Part shown: positions 42,201 through 52,771 of the stretch, piece after piece
Layout of the letters: each line of letters opens with the position of its first letter
Numbering within the stretch: position 1 is the first letter of the stretch
Assembly (NCBI GenBank): GCA_000934665.2
Contig: JYFJ02001452.1
Location: 1-64,000, forward strand
Direction of reading: 5' to 3'
Length of the DNA stretch: 64,000 bases
From: Catajapyx aquilonaris
Lineage: Eukaryota
Notes under the pieces: model-generated
The model's database searches: none
What the model was told of the DNA's origin: nothing
What the model saw: only the letters and a program-made list of their open reading frames with translations
Translations under genes and position numbers: made by a program

Positions 42201-45200
42201 TACTGTAGTAATAGGTGCAACTTTCGCCAAGTTTGTACATTTACTCTAAGCTGACGACATAATCTTCAGCCAGCAGTGACAGTAACAGATTACGCCTGTT
42301 TGCTCCTTGTAGGACATGAGACACTGGAGCAGTTGCAGATATTGCGCAAGTGGAAGGACATCCTTACACAGACCGTTCGGGAGACCAAATTGTAATTACT
42401 GCTTATGACGAGTCCTGCATTAGCAAGATGAGAGTTAGTTACCTACTCGTGAATTATTACGTTCATGCGCCAGATGATTAAAGCCAAACTAAGGCAACAT
42501 TCCAGCCAAGTTCCTGTTTTATATCCTGTCAAAAATAATTCCGAAATATTACAGTACCAGTTGCAACTTCTCTTGTTGCCATCCTACAACAAACCCTAAC
42601 TCTTGGATCATCAACCACTTTTACTCATCCCTAGAAACGTAAATGACAACCCCCATAAAGCACCTCCGATAAATCGATCGCCTTTTCCCAGCAAAATATA
42701 CCGTAATTACCCCGTGCGAAGCGTCTTCTGCAACGATGGTGGAGCCTTAATAGCACAAGCCAGCTCTGCACCTTCCCTTCGCACATTTAGGTTGCAACAA
42801 TTCCGATTAACAGAAGGGGGGCAGCCAAGAGACCATTAGCCCTTAGCCTGAGTTTCTCTGTCTCTTGCTGGCATCCACAGGAGAGAAGAGGATGGGAGTA
42901 GCAGAAGGAGAAAAAAAAGAGGGAAAGTTTCTTTTCCATTCCCCTCTCCTTGCTTGCTCCGCTGGCTGAGAATCTACGGCTTATCTCCCGCCGACCACTC
43001 GCCCCCTTCTCTTCTCTTCCCCATCCTCGCCTTGTTTTGCCCGCAGCACGCCCAAATTGACGGCAGATGTTGCCCTTTCTACTCCACTTCTCACCCTGCC
43101 CTTCCCTACTGAAATAATGGAGACGACGACGAGGCTTCCAGAAGATGGAGAAAGAAAGAAGAAAATGGCGGAGAATGTGAGGATCAGACAAAGTGCAGCA
43201 CACCTCGCCAGCTAAATCTTATTAGTCCTGCTGTTGGAAATCGGATAATTAGCTTCGCGCTCTGGAGTTCAGAAAAGGTATGTAACGAGGTGTAAATGCT
43301 TAAGGGGAAGTCGCATAAAGAAGGACACGGTTCTGCACATTTTCGGGGATGAATTGGCTGATTGGCTGCATGTAAGTTACTGGAGTTTCTATCTGAAGTT
43401 CATTGACTTCATTGCTGCAGTTAAAGGCTAGTAGTTGTTGGAGAATCTGAGCAAAATGACACAAATGTGCAGAGAAATAATTAATACATGTAGGTGTATC
43501 CATCTCAAGAAGCAGAACGTAAATATGGGCAAAATGTAATACTGTACCAAAATTAAGTGAAAAAGCAATATTTGTTACTATAACTCTTATGCGGACAGAT
43601 AGTCTTAGTGGCTTTATTTCCTTGCCATTCAAACGTTGATTATCCAACAGTAATATTTATAATAAAGGGTTTATTTTTGAAAATATGGGACATTTGTTTA
43701 ATTTATCAGGTCAATGGTAATTTTTAATACACAGAATGATTGATTTTACAGAAATTTCTATTAATACCGCATTTGTGTCATTGTGTTCAGACCACTCGTG
43801 GTTTTTAAATAACATATTAGCGCCAAAAAAAACAATATGTTGGTACTGTTGAAATTGTTAACAATCGCTGAATTAGCTCTACATGGCTGGGATACACAAA
43901 ATTAATTATTGGGCATGAGTCATTTAGCGGACGGAGAGTTTATTGTGGAGCAGCCTCTGTTGGGGCTATTGCTGTATGGTTAACATGGCCATGTGGAGTT
44001 TATACCAAGCGGTCAATGCTCACCCCCTTCCTCCCCACCCCCTTCAATGGGGGGGGGGGGAGAATATTATATCTCATATTAATTACTATTCCAGCTCATG
44101 CCAAAACCGCGTCGGGTGGATTTACATCGATGTACGAGCAGTATAATTCATGCCGTAGAAATCAATGAATTTGGGATGGTCTTAATTCGCAAAATTATTG
44201 GGCATAGTGGGAAGAGTATTTTTGTATCCCACTAGTAAAATTTGTATTAATAAATCTGCATTTTATAACGTGTACAAGAAACGCTTCTTGTAACCAACTT
44301 GTCTCCAATTGTAGAATAGAAGGTTAAGACTGTGCATAATTGACCAATCCTGACTCTTAATTGATCCATCATTGCCGCGCAAAAGACCCCAGACCAGGTG
44401 TGAGATTCGAATTGATTACGCCATTTTGTCGCGAAAAGATGGGCCGCAATAAAAAGAAAAAGAAAAAGAAGAAGGAAATCTGCCCGCTTTTCCTGTGAGT
44501 GAGCTGTTCTTTGTTTCACTCCCTGCAATATTATTATTCATGGAGGATAAATTTCCCAACATGGCGAACTTTATGCAAAAATGGCCCAGTCGTATTTCAT
44601 CCCTCCAAAGCTTATTCTTGGGAAGGTGCACTCCAGGAAAAAAAAAGGACGAAGAGGGAAAAGGGGTGGTTACAGGAATGGGGGGGAAGAGAGAGAAAAA
44701 AATATAAATGCTCCGGTGGTTTTCTTTTCCTGCCGGTTTTGTAAAGAAAGAAAACGACGGAAGGAAAAGGAGGAAAAGGAAGGAAGGAAGGAAAAGGACC
44801 GCAATGCAGGGAGGAGACTACTTTTGGCTCCGGCCCACCGATGTCGCCACAGCTTTGCTCCGTCCTCCCCCTCCCTTCCCTCCCTTCCCTCCCTTCCCTC
44901 CCTTCCCTCCCTACAGTGAGAAAGAGAGGGAAGGGGGGAGGGGGGAGAGGAGAGGTGGTGGGAATGCTGGCGATGGATACATCGAGTTTGTCCGGACCAG
45001 TCCGAATTTTCTCCGCAGGGGGTGAGGATGACTACTTTTCGGCACGTCTGTACCACTGCTGCCAGGTTTGGGGGGGCCAATGATGTAACAATTGGGCGAC
45101 TTGGCAACGCAGGGATCGGACAGGGTTGCCATTTCATTTTTGGACTCAATTAAAAGCTCGCCTGCATTGCGAATAATTATACGAATTGGCGATATTTTGT

Positions 45201-48200
45201 GATCGGACAATGGCCCTGCTTAAATGTATGTTAGTATGTCATTTTTAAGTATATAAGGTGGAATTTTCGTGCCACTGCTAGTCACTGCTAACTTAGCACT
45301 GCCAACACCGGCACTGCTAAGTTAGCAGTAATTAGCAGTAATACGACAATTACACCCATGCACTTTAACTACAACACATCCGGTAATGTTATGGCAAACT
45401 GCACGTAATGCACATTATTTTTGTACTGATGTACCTTATGCTAATCATTTGTAAGAAAGCAATTATTGAGTGCAACCGGGTGAAAGTTAGCGGCTGACAC
45501 ATAATTAGCAGTTACCGTTATAGCCTTGGTCCATTGTATGGCCAGAGGACATGACACCCCCCAAAAAAACCATTAATGTGTCTTTTATCAGGACCGGATC
45601 GAAATGTCACTTTCCATTAAATATGTAATTTTATTTTTCCGCCAGGTCTGTTCCCAAATAATGAGTCGAATTACACGTGGCACGTTATTTCGCATCGCCT
45701 GCCAGCGGCCTAATTGCACGTAGTTATGTAGTAATGCGGCCCGTTTCCGTATAAATATATCCGGGTCGCCGGACATACGCCCTTTTCTTACAGGCGGAGT
45801 TAAAATGCGGAGGGTAGCCCGGATGAATGGCCATCTCCCCAGGTGGCCAGAATTCCTTGTTTTCCGGCGACAAGCAGTACCTCCAAAGTGCATTGTGTCG
45901 TTCTGGGAGCATCCTCCGCGTTTAATTATCCCAACCCGGACCGAAGTAATTACGCATGGAAATGAAAATATTTGTCCTGATGCCGCATTTCCCCCGGAAT
46001 GAAAAGAACTCTCTGCCTCTCGGGCCACTACTGCACACACAGTAGTTACGTATGACTTGAGCCCGTATCGGCCAAAGAACATAATTTGCCCTGAAAAAAT
46101 ATATTGTCCAAACAGTAAACAATAATGCGCACAAATTCATAGAATTATAGAGTCGGACGAAATATATTTTTTGTGACATTTCAATAGCTTGGGCCAGAGA
46201 ACGAAAGGATTTCGAAGGCGTCAAAAGTAATAGCGATTTTTTTTTTCCAGGAGAAAATCTGCAGGTTATCAGCACCGATGGAACTATCAGTCATGGCGGG
46301 CTCGTAATCAATTTAGGCACTTGAGCCTTATTTCGGTTATCAGCTGTGCCACGGGCCTGAGCTAACGTCCCACTTTTGCAACCAACTGCAGCTGATCCCC
46401 TCAATATCGGCTCACAAAATTAATGAGAGAGGACGTTGCACTCGCTCGTTTTCTGTTTTCCCGATCGCTCCTTTTTGCTACGGCGTTTTCTACCCCTCCA
46501 GAAACTAAATCAAGCCGTGTCTGGCAGTGCAAACACGGGCCAGGCACTTAGAAACATCGAGGAGTAACTTTCCAAGTCAAATATAAACAAGGCTGACGGC
46601 CAGAGCATGCATTTTTTTATAAAGTGGAAAGAAGATAGAACGTGTGACTCACCCAAGGTGTCATTTCGTGCGTGTCGGAACTCCTATGATGGTAGTTGAG
46701 GATGAGGATGGTCGACACCACCGACGAGGCCACCATAAACATGATGCAGTTAAAATAAGTACCTGTATCACGAGATGGGAGGGAATAATAAAGAAAGGGA
46801 GGGAAAAAAATTGGGGAATTAATGGTTGGGTACAGCGACATTTGTCATCAAACAAGTCACTTTTTTTTCCATGCTTGTGAACAGAACGTTCAAAAAAAGG
46901 ACAAGTCTACAATCACTGCCTGATCTCAACTGTGAGATGACACCACGCCCGAATAAAGGAACATGGTTGGGGAGATGGCACATTTGATGACGTGCCTGGT
47001 CAGATTGGTCATGCAAACAATTTTTGGTCTGTCAGAGCGGTAGCTTGAAAATAGCCTTGCGTGCGTTTTCTTTTAAAAGTTCCAAGGCAGAAAAAATAAC
47101 TCTACAGAGAACCATACTAGAAGGCAATGCCCAGAGAGTTCTTGAGACTACCGCACCGTTCCAACAGTGATCTGGAAGGATGCAGGATCCACACATGGGC
47201 TCTCAGGCAGGCTATCAGCGAGGATTGAAAAAAAATTGGAGTTGAAAAAAGAGCTCATGACAGACATGGGAGTGGGCAAGGATTTCATGTCTCCACGAAA
47301 AAAATGCCAAATCGGAAGAGAGAAAAAAAAATCGCGAGAGAGCAAATATAAAGACAAGAGGGCTATATAAAAAGGGGTCGCGGACATACGTGTTATATAG
47401 TTACATATGTAGCCGGAACATTTCCGTATAAAATCCTTGCCGCTCACATCCGCACAAGGCAGCTTGAGTGGATTCAAAAAACGAGAAATGCAAAACTGCA
47501 AGACTTAACTCGGCAAGCACGATACTTTTGCACATGTTTCATGCCGGCCAGGAACGTATAACTCGGTGTACATCAAATGCAACACGCTCCAGTTTTCAGT
47601 TCCCAGCTATGTAAATATAATCACCTATCTCTGTCACAACATGCGTTAAATCCATCAAAATGTCAAGACACCATCACCCCCGAAAAAAAGTTCGCTATAT
47701 GCTAAAACATGAAAGAATTATGGAAGAAGAGCACAACCATTTGATACTTGGAGGCAGAGGGGAAGGGGTATCTTTAGTCACGCAAAATCTGATTCCTCCG
47801 TGAATTATGATTCAGAATTGTGGTAAATTCGTGGTATAAAAAGAGCAAAAGAGAATTCTCTTTTTTTCAAAAAACGTGAGAGAAGAATATGCCAATAATA
47901 AAAAACGACGGATCTGTAATCAAAAAAGTACTGGACGGGAGACCTTCATTTCTCCGCACTTGTCTGCAAAAAAGAGCAGTTAAGCTGACAAAAACTACTG
48001 TAAAAATACCCTATTTTCGTCTTATTGGCAAAGGGAAGGCTACAACTCCGCCTTCTCGAATTATTATAAGGTTTAAAAAGAGAGCGCATCGCTGCTGGCA
48101 TGTGGCTGTACTTTTTTATTACTTATCCTAACTATAATATGGAGGTGTGCCATACAGAAATACAATAAAATATTATAATCCTGTAAAAGTCACTGTTGTG

Positions 48201-51200
48201 TAATCCCATGTTAATATAGCATGATTTAAAAACACAACAACAGCGAAAAAAACAACAAAACGTCAAAAGAGGTTGGCGCCCAAAAACACCAACGGGCGAC
48301 GATTATTAGTAGCAAGAATACACATCGTATAACATTATTACATAGTGTGGAAGCAGGCAGAGACTCAAGCTGAGGCAAACTCAAAGCAAATGGCTGTTAC
48401 ATAATTCAGAAAGCAATCTTGATACGCCCAAGGAGCATATGGCCTGCTCCTCGAGTATTATTTCCAACTCATGTCTCTACCGAACAGGTTACTATACTAC
48501 AGATTTTGCTGCCTCCTACAGCACACACTTGAAAAAAGGGGGTAGCCTCTATAATAATAAACAAATATGCAAAAAGCGAGATTTGGGTGGATAGATACAA
48601 GGGGGGACCTAAGAGAGTCGCGACGTCGGGAACTGCGCAAAGCCTCAGCGGTCACAGGAAAATAGTAGAGAGAAATATAGAGGGGGGAATGAGAGGGAGA
48701 AAAAGAGAGTCACTCCTGAAATCAAGGGCAGTCAAAAATGGTATAAATGATGGCCATAGTAAAAAAAAAAACATTCAAAATATTGCTTTCCGGAAATATA
48801 ATGGCTGGGACGAAAAACCACACACACATGACGCACAACCGGCCCATATTTTTCATGTACAAAAAAGTGCAATATCTACCATCCGTCGAGAGCTCATCAA
48901 AAGCATGATCGTGTGGAGAGAGCAAAAGTATATAAAAAAGTACACCAAAAAATACGGGCAGCAGCCAAAAAGGGGAGGTCCAGCTGGCTGAAGACCCGTC
49001 TGACGATGGCGAAAGGAGCTGAGAGAAAACAGACAGAAAAATAGAGAGCAGAGCGGAAAAATAGGGGCGACAACAACACGACACCTGGCAGAAGGCAATA
49101 CCTAGAACGGGCAGCGCGTCAGACACCTGGGGGAGCGTCTCTGCTACTAGGTTATGGAACACGGTCAGAGATAGAAGGATGGTAACTCCTGAAATAAAGA
49201 AAGACATCTGTATCATTAAAGCTTCTCCTCAGGATAAGAAAGGCGTCCCAGACAGACAGACGGAGAGGTAGAGAGAGTGAGAGAAAAAGGAAACATCGAG
49301 AAGTGGTGGTGGGGGGACAGTATCTACTAATGGTCAGCCTCAAGCACGTCAAGTCAAGTCCTATTCTCCCCAATCCAAAATACGTCGAGTCGAGCATCTT
49401 GACGTGTTCAGGGCCGGACCGAAATGACTAGAAGGAAATACCAAGCGAGTGGAAGAGATGTACTACGATGCACAGTAGAGACGGCTCTCAACATATTCTA
49501 CACGAGAAATCTACAGGGGAGTGTGAGAAAAGTTCCTGGTACAGAGTGTTATGAAAAATAAATGAGAAAAAACAAATGGAAAGAGAAAAAGTACGAACAT
49601 GCATGATGGTAAAAATCAGCAATGAAACCGTGGTGGTTAGGAGATGTATCGTTATTATTTCTCGTTAATTATTTCTGTAATTCAGGTGCCCTTTTGTCGC
49701 TCTCGTGGACATTATCAAAAAGACAGTGCGTAGAGATATGAAGATTGCAAATACTTGCGCAATTTGTCGGGTCAGTCAAACCTATGTCGTCAACCCGCGT
49801 GAATGGGGTCAAGTGTGTGGGTACAGTACTTGTGGTGGGTATGATTATACCCGCCATCGCCTGTCTGCAACATATCAAAACACTGTTATATCAGTCGGCA
49901 GGCCGTCCATCTGAAAGAGGTTAGATTTTGTCGCCTTTTTTTTTGTTTGTTTGTTTGTTGTTCGGGAATCCTTCAGGTTCCGGTCACCCCCTGTAAGCAA
50001 ACCAAGTGATATTCATGCAAGGCACACCTCCATCTGTGTTGGGGAACCGCGTGCATGCTTCCACCCCTTCTCTCTCCCAAGTATCCAGAAGCCATGTGAG
50101 AGATGGCATGCGGCTGGCAATCAGGCTTCAGACCACATCATTCCAGGTTTGTGGGTAGTATATACACAGTCACAAAAACAACCAAATAAATATATGTACA
50201 TAAACAGCAGACGGGAACCCGGTTGCCTGCAGTGACCCAGTCCGTTGCGGCTGGAAGGTACCCTGGTCCTCTCCTTCTCGAAACTGAGTCACCTGTGTTC
50301 TCCCGGGGGTCAGTGGTTGGAAGGAGAGGGCCGGGTGCCCTCAGGTCATGAGGCCAACAAAAGTTCGACAGCCGCAACCGGACGGGGTCACCATGCACAG
50401 CCCTCATCCGACTCATGGCTTCTCCCGGGGGGGAGACATACGTCACATTCGGTCATAATTATATCTCTAGCGAGTATATACAGTTAATGATAATAATAAT
50501 ATACGGAAAATCATATCTATAGCTGAGAGTAAGCTGGTTGCAGAAGGACGGAAAGAAAACGTGTCATGACTGCCTTTGTACACTACCTATCAAGGGCACA
50601 GCTTCGGAAGTGGTAGGCATGGACTCTGCCACCAGATTCAGGAAGACAGTCAAAGAGAGCAGAATAGTGATTTCTGTAACGGAAAAAGAGGATGAAGGAG
50701 AGGTCCAAAGCATGTTCTCAATTCAAGGACAGCGTCCTTGCTTCCATAGTGCATCTCGAATGTCATGGAAAATATTACATAATTTCTTTTTTTTCTCTTG
50801 TTACGTGTTTTGAAGGATTGCATTGGGATGAATAAACTGCAGCTTCGAAGCAGGAAGCAGGATATGGTCGCTGGAATATACGTATACTTTTTCCTCTTAC
50901 ACCTCGGAAAAATACCGTCTGCATAAGGACGACCGTCAATTACAAAAATTATGACAACACATGTTATAATCATAATAATACAAATGAAATGAACATAACG
51001 CTCTCGTGGGAATGAAAGTATATACAATGAAAGGTAAACGATAAGTAGTATGCCTTTGAGTCGAGATTGAAATTTCACGGTTGTTGTTCTCACGTACTCA
51101 CACACTCATGCTTCCGAAATTCTTTAAAATTTAAAACAATTAAAAAAAACATGTAGACGTAAGCGCAACTTCTCGTCGGAGAAGAGGGAACGAAAGTCCT

Positions 51201-52730
51201 GAAAAACAGAAACAGCAAAAAAGAGTGACGAACGGACACATGCAAGGCACACGTTCAAAAGTGAAATGTCATAGGAAATGATAAATCATGCGAACGCTTC
51301 TGTCTGTCTCGCCGAGTGTGGAAGAACCACACGTCGCCATGCATAACTAGAAAAATTGATTCTCCCTCGTGCGCTGACGAGTGGTGAATAGAAGGGGGGG
51401 GGTGCAGCGGTGCGGAATGGGGAACGTGAAAAGTCGTATAGTGCTACTTAAACTAATATGTTCTCCATCCATGTAAACGCCACACGGGGGGGTTTGTAAC
51501 ACACCGCGATGATTGGTATCACTGCCACTTTGGACCTACTATCACATGAAAAACAAACCATTCCCATCACAAATGAGAGAGAGATAGAGGAAAAATAATT
51601 TTTAAACAAATAGGGGAGGTTGACACAGGTGGGCCACCTGGCTGGACTAAAAATGGGGGTGTTTTACTCGCTTCCCTTCTAGGTACGACAAAGGTAAATA
51701 TACTGTAACATTACTACTCTACTTAGTTGCCACCCCCTCTACTTGTCTAGTACGTAACCCATGTATTGACACTGCCCTGTTTGTGTGGTGGGTCACAAAC
51801 ATGCAGATTCTGCGGTCAGTGACACTTGCTTTTTTCGAGTGCTCTAGTGAGAGTGAGAAAAAACTTTCAAGCTGTGCTGTGAGTTACGGAAAGCATTTCA
51901 ACATTTCCGTGTGGACAAGAAAAAGAAATATGGTAACAGTAAAAAAGTTGAACCTACTTCAACACGACACAGTGAACACGGGACAGTACAAATGGTGCTC
52001 TGTATTTCTTTTGTTCTCCCCTCTGCTGTCCAAGTAACAAACCACCTGCTTCGAGTTGCGTTCGGTGTTTACCTATGAGAGGACGTTCGGAAGTAGGAGG
52101 CATACTCTCAGCCACCATATTGAGGAAAAACGTCAGAGACAGCAGCACAGTTACATCTACGGACAGAAAGACAAAGAGGAATATTGGCTGTAGCCATTGA
52201 ACGAGGAACTGTAGGAGTCTCTCGGACCCCCTGAGGACCTCCTAAACGAGAAAGAGATGGATGAGTGATCAGGCGGAACGGGACGGTGACAAGCAACACA
52301 ACAAACTAAACAAATCAGAGAAACAAGAGGAGAGAAAAACAAACAGTCAGAGTAAATCGGGATATCCAAAAAATGACTTTATTTTTTTAGTCATTTCTCA
52401 AAAAATCAAAGAGGACACCACGATGCGTTCATTCCACCGTTCTCGACTTACATGCAACGAAACTTTCCTGAAAGTAAAGGTCAGCTAGGAGAAAAAAACA
52501 GAGATAGAGAGAGGAAGTTGCAGTAAAAAGAGACAAGTCCGCATTCACCACTGCAAAAGCGGAAGAAATTGGCCCGTTCTCATATTTTGGGGGGAGTTTC
52601 GGGAAACCAAAACATACATATTGTTTCTTCACTCACTTTTTTTTTCCTCTCAAAAAATTTTCTATGGAAAAATTATGGGGAGAAAAAGTATTGCATGCTG
52701 CTCATGTCGGCACTGAGGTTCCAATCAGGC

Positions 52731-52771
<41 letters not shown>

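Noticed and set aside
46341..46350. 10-nt complement to the exon 7B acceptor region as a long-range docking site
   Set aside because: Found post hoc, short, 10 kb away and beyond constitutive exon 9; compatible with chance.
49819..49910. Possible sixth exon 8 relic (ttcag|AT..., ITVF*YVAD and IPTTSTVP fragments on the minus strand)
   Set aside because: The fragments are in different frames, spacing is wrong, no donor follows, and part is explained by a local hairpin. A profile search would be needed.
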